Source of the DNA: a virus
DNA length: 64,000 nt
Reading direction: 5' to 3' (one strand)
IMG/VR virus record: IMGVR_UViG_3300036985_003303
Coordinates: 32,001 to 96,000 of that record
The notes below the pieces were generated by a model. The model had not been told where the DNA came from. It worked only from the letters and a program-made list of their open reading frames with translations, and did not search any database. Every line of letters begins with the position of its first letter. The stretch's first letter is position 1. Made by a program: the position numbers and the translations under genes. Shown here in pieces: positions 43,519 through 55,900 of this stretch.

Positions 43519-45825
43519 ATGGGTAAGTACACAATAACTGGATTTCCTAATCAAGAAGTACCTAAAGTAACTTTGTCAAAAGTTCTTGGTCCTGTGAATA
43601 GGAAGATAGCTAATGTTGAAGCTGAGAAAGGTGAAACAGTAGTTACAAACATGAGCAGAGGTATTAACAATATCTATGAGATGTATTCTATTGGTGGCAA
43701 GAAGCACAGCCAAGGTGGAACTCCTTTGTCTTTACCTACTGATGGTGATAAGGAATCTGACGGAACTTCGTTTATCTTTAGTGATAACAAGAAGATGATA
43801 GTAAAAGATCCTGCAATCCTTGAGTACTTTGGTGTTAATCCAAAGAAGCCTCAAACATTTGCAGGCATTTCTAAATCATGGCTAGATGCAATCAATACGT
43901 CAAAACAAATTCTTATTGATGATACAGCGGATAAAGTAAGCAAGAAGTCTGCGGAAATGTCAATGGACAATGCCGCGTTTAAAATTGCCGCGTTGAAACT
44001 TTTACAAGAATCACGCAAAGGATTTAAAGATGGTGTACCTAATGGACTATCTCCGTTCTTTGATAAGTTGCAGATTGATCCTAATGAAATGTTTGCAATG
44101 AACCAACAAGACGCAGGTGCAGCTAATCAAGCTGTTGCTAAAGCTTTTGGTGGTGCGGTTAATGATTTTGTAGCTACTAATGAATTGTATCCATTTCCTT
44201 CATTGGCAATGGGTGGTGAACTGCCTTATTATAAAGATAAAGGTGAGGTAAGTGAAGAAGCTTTAGCTAATTCTGAAAAGAAAGATGAACCTAAAAAAGA
44301 TGAACTTGCTTGGGGTACAGTAGATAATAATTCTAAAAAACAATATGATTACATTGTTAATCAGTTGTCTACTAATGATAAGTTTAAAGAAGCTTTATTT
44401 AAAGAATATCAAGCGGCTGCAAATCAAAGGGATAATTTTGGTAAGGGTTACAATAATCAGTTTGATACTAAAAAAGGTTCTAAAGAAGCATTGCTTAGAA
44501 AAACTCCAGAAGAAGTGTTTCAAGATTATCTTGAATTTCAAAAAAGAAATCTTATGCTTCAATCTCATGGTAAAGATGTTTTGGGTACAGAACAAAATCC
44601 AGGAAGAGATGCAAAAGGTAATAGAAATGTATCAAACAAAGACATTACAAAATGGTCAAGTGACTTAGGTGTTCCGCTTCCAAACATGGATAAAGCTACA
44701 CAAGAACAGTTATCATATATTGCTTTTGAAAATCTTTCTAAAAATAGAGATGTTTATGATGCTGAATTAAAAGATGTAATGAAACCTTTTGGTGCAAATC
44801 AAAGAGGAAAAAGTGATGAAAAAATTGCAGGTTCAACAGATTGGGGTGATATTTCAAAAGCAGATGGTGCGTACACAAACACAACTGCTGGACAAATTAG
44901 TTTTTTTACTCCTCCGGAAGAAAAAGAAATAGAAAAAGAAAAAACACAAGTTTGTGCTACATGTCCAGATGGAACAGTTCCGGTTAGAGATGCTAGTGGT
45001 AATTGTGCACCGTGTAATACAAAAGCACCCGATTATAAAAAGTTAGGTCCAACAACACCTCTTGTAAATCCTTATGGCTTTAGGAGAGAAGACTTGGCTT
45101 CACTTAATCGTGCTGTACAAGCTAGATTTGAGATACCTGAATTACATCCTTGGGCTAAGTCTGCTGAAGTTGTTATGCCGGATCGTGCATACTATTCACC
45201 AGAGCGAACTATTGCGGCTAAGAATGAGCAATTGAATCAAATGATGCAAGGTGTTTCTGCATTTGGAAATGCACAATCTGCGGGTGCAACTGCTATGGCT
45301 TTAAGTGGTCAAGCTTACGGTGATGTAGCAAATGCAATTAGTGACTATGCTGATAAGAATGTAGGTGTGTTTAATGCAGGTGAGCAATACAATACTCAAC
45401 TAGCAAATGCGCGTAATGCTCAAGATGCTCAGTTGGCTACAAGCATGTATGATAAAGAGAACATTTTAAAACAAAGTCTTTCAAATTCTATTAGTGCTGC
45501 TAAAGATAAAATTGTGCAGCTTTCTAATCAAGCTTATACTAATGCATCAAACATTTATAATTTGAATACTACAACGGAGAACTTCAAGAAAGATCCATTT
45601 ACAGGTATTATAACTAAAATGAATGATAGGGCATTAACTCCTACTAAAGACAACGCAGAAGATCTTGGAACACAGTTTAATGATTTTGCAAAAACAGTAC
45701 CTACATTAACTCCAGACTTGGCAATGAAGTTATTTCAAGCTCAAAAATCTGGCAAATGGGTTGTTGAAAAGGATGATGAAATTACTAAAGCAAGTGAGTT
45801 GAACAACACCAATGTTTCGTCTTAA
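43519..45825 (+). CDS. Internal (cargo) virion protein
   Basis: ANVEAEKGET...GGKKHSQGGTP motif; A/Q/N-rich helical C-terminal half. Confidence 0.6.
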   Translation: MGKYTITGFPNQEVPKVTLSKVLGPVNRKIANVEAEKGETVVTNMSRGINNIYEMYSIGGKKHSQGGTPLSLPTDGDKESDGTSFIFSDNKKMIVKDPAILEYFGVNPKKPQTFAGISKSWLDAINTSKQILIDDTADKVSKKSAEMSMDNAAFKIAALKLLQESRKGFKDGVPNGLSPFFDKLQIDPNEMFAMNQQDAGAANQAVAKAFGGAVNDFVATNELYPFPSLAMGGELPYYKDKGEVSEEALANSEKKDEPKKDELAWGTVDNNSKKQYDYIVNQLSTNDKFKEALFKEYQAAANQRDNFGKGYNNQFDTKKGSKEALLRKTPEEVFQDYLEFQKRNLMLQSHGKDVLGTEQNPGRDAKGNRNVSNKDITKWSSDLGVPLPNMDKATQEQLSYIAFENLSKNRDVYDAELKDVMKPFGANQRGKSDEKIAGSTDWGDISKADGAYTNTTAGQISFFTPPEEKEIEKEKTQVCATCPDGTVPVRDASGNCAPCNTKAPDYKKLGPTTPLVNPYGFRREDLASLNRAVQARFEIPELHPWAKSAEVVMPDRAYYSPERTIAAKNEQLNQMMQGVSAFGNAQSAGATAMALSGQAYGDVANAISDYADKNVGVFNAGEQYNTQLANARNAQDAQLATSMYDKENILKQSLSNSISAAKDKIVQLSNQAYTNASNIYNLNTTTENFKKDPFTGIITKMNDRALTPTKDNAEDLGTQFNDFAKTVPTLTPDLAMKLFQAQKSGKWVVEKDDEITKASELNNTNVSS

Positions 45826-45870
45826 CTAATTTTTGTTTAGGGTTTAATTAATATATTTACAAAAAAAACA

Positions 45871-47688
45871 ATGGCAACTTATATACAGGGACAGACAGAT
45901 TATATTAGTCAGATACAGCCGACAGAACCAAATTTAGCATTTGATGCGCAAATATTGCAACAAAAACAAGCTAAGTATGATGCTAATCATAAAAAAGTAA
46001 GTGAGTTATATGGTTCATTATTAAACTCTTCATTGACGCGTTCTGATAATATTGCAGCCAGAGATGAGTTCTTTCAAATTATCAATGATGACATTAGAAG
46101 AATGGGGGGTTTAGATTTTTCATTAGATCAAAATGTTCAAGCAGCCGCAGGTGTTTTTCAATCTATTTATACTAATAACAACATTGTTAAAGATATGGTT
46201 TGGACCAAAAACTATAACAGTGAAACAAATAGAATGGAAGGATTCAAAAATTGTTTAGATGAAGAAAAATGTGGTGGTTCATATTGGGAAGAAGGTGATA
46301 AATATATGCAGTATAAACGCGCTGAATACAAAAATGCATCAGCTGGCGATGCTTTAGGTATGGCAGATGTAACTTTTGTTCCATATAAAAGTGTAATGAA
46401 AGAAGCTATTAAACTAGCTAAAGATGCAGGTCTTAATATTGAGTATGATAAGTTAAGTCCAGATGGTAACTACATGGTTACTACAAAAAATGGAGAAGTA
46501 TTGCGTTCACCTTTAACTGCGCTTTTTAATAAAACCATTGGACAAAATCCAAAGTTTGCTGAGATGTTTAAAACAAAAGCTTATGTAGATAGAAATGACT
46601 GGGCTTACAGTAAAGTAAACATGGGTGAATTTAAAGATGTCAATGAAGCACAGTTAGGATATGTAAAACAAATTGATAAAAATAACCAAGCAAAGATTGA
46701 AGAACAAGCTGAAGCATTAAATACAGACATTGGTCACTTAGATCAAAAATCAAGAGAGCTTGAAGAAGATTTTAAAAATGGTCGGTTTCAACAAGGTAGT
46801 GAAAAATACAATCAACTTGTTGAGTTAAAACAATTGCAAGAAAGTGCCGCAAATGCTAAAGCTTATACAGATCAAATTTCTTCTATTTCACCAACCAATC
46901 AAGCAGGCATTGGAGCTTTAACAGATCATATTGATAATCAAAACGCGTATGCTTATTTTAATGATGAGATACAAGGTGCTGTGAATACACTTATTTTTAA
47001 AGATGCTAAGTCAACTATGAAAGCAGATGATTTTGCTAAAATGAAAGTAGATCATAGTTATAAGTTATCTGAAATGGCCACTCAGCATGGTTACAATGTT
47101 GCATTGGATGCATCACAAACTGCAAATAAAATAGCATTAGAAGATCATAAAAAGGCAATTGGTAACTCGGCTTATACAGGAGAAAGTAAAAAAGATTTAT
47201 TAAATAAATCAGATACTTACATTGATACTAAAAATAAAGCTGAAGCGTATGATGTTAATGCTGCTGCAAGAGATAATATGAAAAAAATGGGATTTGGTAC
47301 CGAAGTCCCTACAGCAGCAAGTGTGGCTACATATCAACCAGGAACACAACTTTATGCTGATTATCAAAAAGCATTAAAAGCTGCTGAACAGGAATATAGC
47401 ACAATACAACGTGAAGCAAATAAAGCAGCCGCTGCTTATGGTGAAATTCCTAAGTTTAGAGATGTTATGACTATTACAGATATTCAAGAATATAATAAAA
47501 AATATGAGTGGGATTATGAAACTACTTGGTCTAAAAATACATTTAATAATATGAAAACAAAGTATCCAAAACTTGCAGCATTAGGAGATGAAAAAGCTTT
47601 AGAAGTTTACAATGAAGCTATTTCAAAAAGTGATAAAACAAAACCATTAGTAGGACAGATAGATATTTATTTAGATAACAAATATTAA
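45871..47688 (+). CDS. Internal (cargo) virion protein, helical
   Basis: MATYIQG.TDYI.QIQP..PNL N-terminus; coiled-coil composition; cargo block position. Confidence 0.55.
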   Translation: MATYIQGQTDYISQIQPTEPNLAFDAQILQQKQAKYDANHKKVSELYGSLLNSSLTRSDNIAARDEFFQIINDDIRRMGGLDFSLDQNVQAAAGVFQSIYTNNNIVKDMVWTKNYNSETNRMEGFKNCLDEEKCGGSYWEEGDKYMQYKRAEYKNASAGDALGMADVTFVPYKSVMKEAIKLAKDAGLNIEYDKLSPDGNYMVTTKNGEVLRSPLTALFNKTIGQNPKFAEMFKTKAYVDRNDWAYSKVNMGEFKDVNEAQLGYVKQIDKNNQAKIEEQAEALNTDIGHLDQKSRELEEDFKNGRFQQGSEKYNQLVELKQLQESAANAKAYTDQISSISPTNQAGIGALTDHIDNQNAYAYFNDEIQGAVNTLIFKDAKSTMKADDFAKMKVDHSYKLSEMATQHGYNVALDASQTANKIALEDHKKAIGNSAYTGESKKDLLNKSDTYIDTKNKAEAYDVNAAARDNMKKMGFGTEVPTAASVATYQPGTQLYADYQKALKAAEQEYSTIQREANKAAAAYGEIPKFRDVMTITDIQEYNKKYEWDYETTWSKNTFNNMKTKYPKLAALGDEKALEVYNEAISKSDKTKPLVGQIDIYLDNKY

Positions 47689-47693
47689 AAACC

Positions 47694-49979
47694 ATGGGCT
47701 TAATATTAACTGCAACGGATATAAAAAAACCAGGAACACCTGCTTTAGATAAAAGTGGAACACCAGGAAAAATTGAATCAAAAGATAAAGTAGCTAAACT
47801 TAGTAACTGGGATTCTGAAATTGCTCCTATTATAGATGAACATCCTGAACTTAAAAAGACTATAAATTTTGAAACTTCAAAACCTATGATGCGTGCTGTA
47901 AATGGCAGGTATGATAATGTAATGGGACAACTAAGAGAAGATGATCCTAAAGCTTATGAAAATTTTAAGAAGTTTAAAAATAGTTCAGTAGCTATGGCTA
48001 ATGAGTTAAAAAAAATTAATACTGGTGGGTTTAGTCCTGAGAATTTGTTTAAGTATCAAAAAGACGCAATGGTTTATTTTGATAATATTGAGAAGTCTTA
48101 TGCGTATGACAAAAATAAAAGATTTGCAATGAACTCTGAAGGTCACATGATGACAAGAGAACAATATGATAAATGGGATCAGACACCAAGAGTTTCTAGG
48201 GATAAAGCATCAACTACAGCTAAAGTAGTTTATGATCCATCAGGTGAACAAGAAATTGTTGCTGATTATGAAACAGCTAATGTAAGCAGTGGTTATAAAA
48301 AACTTAAAAACATTGACCAGCATTACAAAAATCAAGGTCTTGATTTAATTCAACCAATTACAAAATCTTGGATAGCTACTTCTTTGCAAAGAATTGATAC
48401 AAAGAAACCAGTTGCTGATAGAGATTCGTCTGCTTTAAATATGAACATGGATATTTTAAGTCATATTGGAAAATACAAAACAACAGGTGATCCAGATTTA
48501 GCAGCAGGTGATCAGCAAACTGCAAATAATATCCTAAAGCAAATCCGAGGAAAAGATAGAACTGAACAATTGCAACTACTTAAAACTTATTCTGATAAGA
48601 TTAATGGTATGGCTGGTCGAATGGGTTACTATGGTAATGCTAGTATCTATAACAAGTATAAAAAGGGCTACATTGGAAAAACTTTAGATTATTATCCGCA
48701 ATCAAAAGACAAAGACCGTACTGATTATTATAATCAAACTCAAGAAAATGGAGTTATTGATAGAACAATTAATAACTACAGACAGTTTCGCGGAGTTAAT
48801 AAAGATATTAGAGTTCAGACTAGAGAGTTGACTAGTTCTAAATGGAAAGAAATTGGTGATGCTTTTGGTTATGATTTAAAAAAATCTCAATTTGATTTAG
48901 CAATGGATCAGTTAGTTGATGAAAATGGAAACATTGTAAGTTATAAAACATGGAGCAGTAATCTTAGAAAAATAAAAGATCCAACTAATCACGTTTACAC
49001 TCCAGGAGGCAATCCTACAGTTGGCAGCACATTTAAAAATATACAAAAAAATGGACTTAAAAATAAATCAGCTTTAGGTCAAATTTGGGAACAAAATAAA
49101 GGTTATCATGTTGGAGATGGCGGAATAGATTGGTTGCCTTATGGAAGCACTGACAAAGAAGATGTAGAAGCGGATTTAGTTGGTATTTATAGTAACTTAA
49201 AAAAGGCTTACAAAAAGAATTTTGATAATGTTAAAACTAACACTGTGTATGGTGCTACTTTGATGGATGCGGGTTTCGGTAATGAAAGAAATCAAGCAAT
49301 GGAATATCACGGTGTTAGTTTAGCTGTAGATAAAAACATGAGATTAAAAGCAACAGAGGGACCAAAACAAGAAAACATAAATAAAGTATTTGGTTTGTTG
49401 TTTGATGAAAATGGAAATGTAGATAAACAGAATGTAACATTGTTTAGCAATAAAGACATTAAAGATGGACTCAACGCAGTACAATCTGATGAATTAAAAG
49501 AACAAAGAAAAAACAATGATGTCATTTTAAAAAACTTTTTAAAAAAAGACAATGATAATGTTACTATGACTTTCTATAGGAACACTAATGTTTCTGGTCA
49601 AGCAGCTTATCAGTTCTATAATACAAAAACTAAAGAAAGCATAATGGTATATGCTCCTAAATCAATGTTAGGAAAAAATGGTGTTAAAGAAGATTTGTTT
49701 ACAAAAACCGGAAGAGATCCGCTAGACTTTACTTTTAAAGCTAAAGGTGAACTTACTATGCCTCAGTTAAATGATAAAGAAGGTAAACCTGCTTATGAAT
49801 CTGCAGCATTAAAATATGATAAAGAAAATGATTCATATATTGGAGAGATTTGGGATTATAATAGTGAGGGTAATTTGAAAAAGAAAGTTATTGAATATCC
49901 TTATGGTTCTGCAATTTCTGTAAATGATGTTCAGAAGAAATTTTTAGAATTTTTAGGTGATTATAGAAACAGCAAATAA
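47694..49979 (+). CDS. Large hypothetical protein (probably cargo)
   Basis: 761-aa K/D/N-rich ORF within the cargo block. Confidence 0.55.
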   Translation: MGLILTATDIKKPGTPALDKSGTPGKIESKDKVAKLSNWDSEIAPIIDEHPELKKTINFETSKPMMRAVNGRYDNVMGQLREDDPKAYENFKKFKNSSVAMANELKKINTGGFSPENLFKYQKDAMVYFDNIEKSYAYDKNKRFAMNSEGHMMTREQYDKWDQTPRVSRDKASTTAKVVYDPSGEQEIVADYETANVSSGYKKLKNIDQHYKNQGLDLIQPITKSWIATSLQRIDTKKPVADRDSSALNMNMDILSHIGKYKTTGDPDLAAGDQQTANNILKQIRGKDRTEQLQLLKTYSDKINGMAGRMGYYGNASIYNKYKKGYIGKTLDYYPQSKDKDRTDYYNQTQENGVIDRTINNYRQFRGVNKDIRVQTRELTSSKWKEIGDAFGYDLKKSQFDLAMDQLVDENGNIVSYKTWSSNLRKIKDPTNHVYTPGGNPTVGSTFKNIQKNGLKNKSALGQIWEQNKGYHVGDGGIDWLPYGSTDKEDVEADLVGIYSNLKKAYKKNFDNVKTNTVYGATLMDAGFGNERNQAMEYHGVSLAVDKNMRLKATEGPKQENINKVFGLLFDENGNVDKQNVTLFSNKDIKDGLNAVQSDELKEQRKNNDVILKNFLKKDNDNVTMTFYRNTNVSGQAAYQFYNTKTKESIMVYAPKSMLGKNGVKEDLFTKTGRDPLDFTFKAKGELTMPQLNDKEGKPAYESAALKYDKENDSYIGEIWDYNSEGNLKKKVIEYPYGSAISVNDVQKKFLEFLGDYRNSK

Positions 49980-49988
49980 CAATTGGTC

Positions 49989-52900
49989 ATGGCAGATATT
50001 ACAAAAACATTTACTGATGCAGACTTTGGGGATGCACCAAAACCAAAAGTTGATGCAGATGATTTAAAGTTTAAACAGTTAGCTGATAAACATTTAGAAA
50101 AAGCACTACCTAAATTAGTAAGTGTATATAACATGGGTAAAGCTCAGGATTTTTCTGCTAAGCAGGCTAATCTTGCAAAGTTTGCAACTTATGGTTCTGA
50201 AACGTATGGCAAGTTAGGTTTTGATCCATATAAAGCAGGTGGTGTTCCGGGTGTAAAAAGTGGAATGGATGCATTGTATGATGATAACACTAGTTGGACA
50301 GCTGATACAGGAAGGGCTTGGGATGGTATGTGGAAATTAGCAGGTATTGGATTTCAAGATACAATTGGATTAGGTGCATTTGCTGACTCAGGAAATTATC
50401 TTGATTTTGAAGATACCATGAGTAAATTTTCTTCATCAAGAGGCGGTAATGCTGGCTTTTGGTCTAATACAATGTTGTCTTCTGGATACACTATGGGTAT
50501 CATTGGAGGTATTGCTGCTGAAGAATTAGCATTAGCTGGTATTACTGCATTAAGCGGTGGTACTGCTGCACCAGGAACTATTGCTGCTGGAGGAACTCTT
50601 TTTGCACAAGGAGTAGCAAGAATAAAACAAGCAGGTAATATGTTGAAGTTTGTAAATAAACTTCAAGATGTAAAATCTGCAACCGGGTTTATGGGTAAAG
50701 CTGGAGCCAGTCTAAAAGGTTTTGGTAAAGCTCTAAATCCATTAGAAAATACAATGGATTTTCTTTTTACAGCAGATAAATTAAAAGATCTGAATGGATT
50801 AAAACAAACAGCGTTAGGTGTTGGCTCTATTGTAAGAGATGCTAGAAAAATTACAATGTCCCACGGTGAATCTAAATTAGAAGCTAACATGGCTTCTAAA
50901 GAGTTTAGAGAAAAAATGTATGATGATTATTACAAAAATAATCCAGACATGGCCGGTAAGCCAGTTTCAAAGGAAATGGAAAGTAAAATTGAAGGCGAAG
51001 CTCAAAAAGTACATGACAATGTTTATACTGCAAACTTTGGTTTAATCTATGCTACAAATGCAATTACATTTGATAACATGCTTAAATCTATGCGGGGTAC
51101 AAATAGATTTTTTGCTAATGCTGGTGATTTATTTAAAGTTGTTAAAAAAGAAGGAGGTAAAGTAGCTGTTGATGTTCTAAAGAAAAATGCTTGGAATTAT
51201 GGTAGAAAAAAACTTGGAGAAATAACATGGCAAGGTTCAATTAAAAGTATTGTGTCTGGTTCAATGGAAGGATTCCAAGAACTTGGACAAGACGTAATTT
51301 CTGAATCAGTTAAATCTTACCGCGAAAGAAATGTAAAAGGTTTACAGGTTCGTGGAGGCATGATGAGTTTCTTAGAAAATGATGTTTCTAAAGCCATTGA
51401 TAAACAAAATAGCGGTCAAGGTTTAAGTACATTTCTTTCTGGTGCATTAATGGGTGTATTTGCATCACCTGTTGGTTTTGCATCACAGCAAACTCAAAAT
51501 TATTTATTCAATGGTGGCGTAAATAAATCATACAAATATTTTGCGGACAAAGAAGGATACACAAAAGAAAAGTTAGATGTTGAATCTAAAAGAAAAGAAA
51601 AAGCAAAAGTTCTTACTGAGTTCTTTAACAACAGTAAGAATTTTGTTGATGCTTGGTCAAAAGGTATTTATTCACAAAGTGAACTGCAAGAACAAATATT
51701 AACTGCTGGTGAATCTGGTGATCAAAAAACCATGAAGAATAAACAGCATGAATCTTTTGTTAATGGCATACATACTTTACTTGAATCAGGAATGGAAAAC
51801 CAATTTGCTGATCACTTAGAGTATATGGGTAAAAATTTAAACGCCCAGCAATTAAATGAAATATTTAGCAGAACAGATATTACTGAAGAAACTAAAGGTC
51901 AGTATCAAAAGAAACTTCAACATCAAGCAGAAAATATTAAAAAGCTAAGGGGTGTTTACAATGAAATTCAAAATACCATCAATAACCCAATTGATTTAAA
52001 GTCTTTAGATACTAGTGATCCAGAGTATTTGAATAAGTATTTTAAATATAGGTCAGTTGAAAACTTGAAAAAAGAGTTATTGTTTAGTCATTCTAAAATT
52101 GCAGATAGAGCAAACAGGCAGAAAGAAATTAGAACTCAACTTAATAATGACAATCCTCTTTCTACATTGGAAGTTAATGCTCTTTTAGATGATGGTGACT
52201 TAAACCAACAAATTCAATTATTAAAAACTGAAGTAGAAACAAACTCAAAGTTGTCTGCTTATGGAGATGGTGCTGTTCAAAATCAAGCACAAGCTAGGGC
52301 TAAGTTAAAAGCTTATGAAAATTATCAAGCAAAGTTAACTGCTTATAAAACTGAACAGAAAAATGAAAAAGGTTCTATTTCTGAATCAGATACATTTGAT
52401 GAACTGTTTGATGCTTATAACAGTATTCTTGAAGTATCAGGAAAAAATAAATTAATTGATGTTGCTGCTCAGCGTGCATTTAATAAACAACAATTTAATA
52501 AAGTTTTTGATTATATATCTCTTGGTGAAGAAGGTAGATTTAATCAAGAATTAATTGATACTATTTTAAATCCTGTAGGTTCTTCTGCTTTTATTGAAGG
52601 CCAAGAAGAAATGTTAAAAAGACTTGAAGAAAATAAAGAAGATCATATTCTTTCTGCACTATACGAGTTTGATAAAAAAACAGTGTCTGATGATATGCTT
52701 AATGATTTATACAATAATGATTTATTTTTTGATCTACAGGAACTAGATGATTTGTTGAATAAAGGATTAATGCCTCAAGAAATTTTTGACATTGCCACAA
52801 ACAAACAAGCAACTCCAGAACAATATGAAGCTGCTCAAAAAATTATTAACTCTTACATTAAAAAACTCAAAGGTAAAACCATTACTAATGACAAGACTCA

Positions 52901-55900
52901 ATTAAATAAACAAGGACGCAAACTAAAGTCTGATAAAAGAACTATTGCTGGTATTTTAAGACAGTACAAAGTTAAATTAAATGAGCCAATTAAGTTGTCA
53001 TCTCCTGAAGGACAAAGACTTTTAGCTAAATTAATGACGGCTGAAAATAAGTATTTAACCAAACTGGATAGAGAAATTCTTACTAAGTTAGGTGAACAAG
53101 ATGTTACAATTAAATTTGTTAGTGATAACACTTTGCCGGTTCAACTAACTGATGATGGTATCTTAGAGTTAGACATACGATTTGCTGGAAGTGATTATAC
53201 TAATTCAGTAATGTCATTTGAAAATCTTATTGTTACAGGCCTGACTCAACATGCAATTACAGAAAAATTAAAAACTAAGGATGACTTATATTTGGCTGCT
53301 CGTAATGCAATGGAACAAGCTAAAAAAGCTTTTGCTAGTGCAAACCCAAGAGCTAATGTAGATGAGTTATCTGTATTTGAGGATGTCAATATTTTCATGA
53401 CGGAAGCCATGAATGATTTGCAATTCCAGAAATTTTTAGCAACTGTAGAAGATACAGTACAGCCTACAAGTAAATCTCTTTGGTCAACTTTAAGTACGGG
53501 AATTGGAGTCATTGTACAAGAAGACATTGATAAAAAACTAGCCAACCGGGTAATTAACATTGCTGCTAAAGCTTTAGATGATTCCATTATAGATAACATA
53601 TCTGAAAGTAATGAGGAATCAAAAGAAGTAAAACAACAAAGAGCAACTGCATCAAAAGAACAAGTAGAGGAACTAAATAAGTTGGCTACTGAACTTGGTC
53701 AGAGATGGAATGTAAATGTAAAAGTTTTGGCTTCACAAGAAGAAGCAGACAAGATTTTAAATAGTCTTCAGGATCCGTTCTATCAAAAGTTTTCTACAAT
53801 TATAAATGACTTGCTTTATGATCCATTATACATGGGTTTCAATCTTCAGAAAGGAGTAAATGAAGTTTCTTTAAAAGAACTTCTTATGTCTATTTATGAA
53901 AAGTCAGAAAACTTGTCTGATCTAATTGCCAATCTAAAAGAACTTGCAGTTTATCAAACTAATGGTAAAGTAGGAGAAATGGTTGACTGGTTAGTGAGCA
54001 ATGCAGACAACATTGGTGATGGAATTGAGATGGTTAAAAACATTTTCTTTCAAGCAGAAGAAGAAACTATTGCTGGATTCTATGATGAAAAAACAAATAC
54101 AGCCTACATTGTTGCAGATGCTGTAAAAGAAAATACTTTATACCATGAGATTTTCTTGCATCCATTTTTGATTAATCTTGAAAAAACTAATCCTGAATTT
54201 TATAAACAACTTGTAGCTGAAGCAAAAGGTAGCCAAGAGATTATTGATTATGTTGAAAAAAATTATGGCACTGAAGACAAAATTGGTTCAAGACAATTTG
54301 AACATGAACTTGTTGGTAGAGCTTATGATTTAAGTGTCAGTAACAAATTAAGCGAAAAGAAAGAACCAGGTTTATTCAAAAAAATGGGCCAGTTCATTAA
54401 AAGAATGTTGGCTAAAGTTGCTGAGTTTCTTACTATTAGTAAGTCGGACATTGGAAGATTTAATCCAAGAAAAACTACCATTACGGATTTGGCTGAGTAC
54501 TCAGTAAATAGTAATGCTAAAGTTAATCTTGGTAAAATAATTGAAGCAGGGAAACAGGCGCAATCAACTGAAGCTACACTTAAACCGCGAACAAGAAAGA
54601 AGACTGTCAAAAGTGTAAGAACTGTTATTGAAGAACAGACTGTAAACAAGGGAGGAGATTTAATTGTATTAGATAATGCAAGTGATCGTCCAGATATTTT
54701 TGGTGATTTTTTACACCCTGAAATTGTTTTTGGAAATAACTTGGCTATTGCTGAATGGACTGAAAAACTTGTTGAACTTGGTCAAGAACTAGATGATGCA
54801 AGAATTACTAACTGGGCTTATGGAAATATCCGCGCTCAAGTTGGTGGTAGGTTAATCATTGATGTTACAGCTGAAATTCCTGTGTTTGTAAAGAAAGCAT
54901 TACAAAACAAAAAAGCTAATCCGCGAGTAATTGAATTACAAAAAGAAATTGCAGATTTAGATGCAAAAATTCAACAGTTAAGTAATCAAAAAAAGACTAC
55001 AGCTAGTTCTCCTAGTATTATTTCAGCTGATACAGAAGCTAAGAGAAAACAAATCCTTGATAAATGGAATAGTAAAAGTGCTTGGTATCAAAAAGAAGGC
55101 AGGCTTTCTGAGTGGTATGCAGAACGAGATAAAGAACTAGCTGCTTTAGGACAACCTGTTTCTAATCAAGCAGAAATTGACAAGATAAAAAACCAAATTA
55201 AAGAATTAGAAAATCAAAAAGGAGAAGTAATCCCTGAACCTAATTTTAAAGGAGAAGCTCTTTATTTTAGACAACCTTCCAATGATGGATCATTTAAAGA
55301 TATGCATTCGGGAAAACAGCCTGAAGCTTCTTTAACAATGGTTAAAATAGTTGTTAATGAAAATAATCCTAGTGAAGGAAGTATTGAATATGTTGGGGAT
55401 AATACTATGTCTAAATTAATTTCAAATAGTCCTCAAACTCATTTAGGATTATTTGCAGAATTTGCAGATACTAAAGAAAAATTAAATCTTACAACTCCTG
55501 TTATAAAAAATATAAAAAAAGGAATAGTAAGAAAGACAGACACAGGGTGGGAAATTGTTCAACAACCCGTAATAGTATTTGGAGAAGTTACACCTGAAAT
55601 TAAAACTAAATATTTTAATACAAAAATTGATAATTCTGCAGAAATAACTAAATTAAAAAAAGAACTAGCTGCTTTAGATGGACAAACTTCGGTTTCTGCA
55701 CCAGCCGCAGCTAAAGATCAAACATTTGAAGTACATGTAGGTGGTATTGAAAGAGGATATACGGAGGTATCAGAATCTAAGGATAAAGGCGTTGGGGACA
55801 TTAGAGGTTTAATTGGTCAACAATCAACAGCACAAGGCATATTAATTACTAAGGGTGCAACAAATAGTGCAACTGAGAATGATAGATTTGTTGTACTTTA

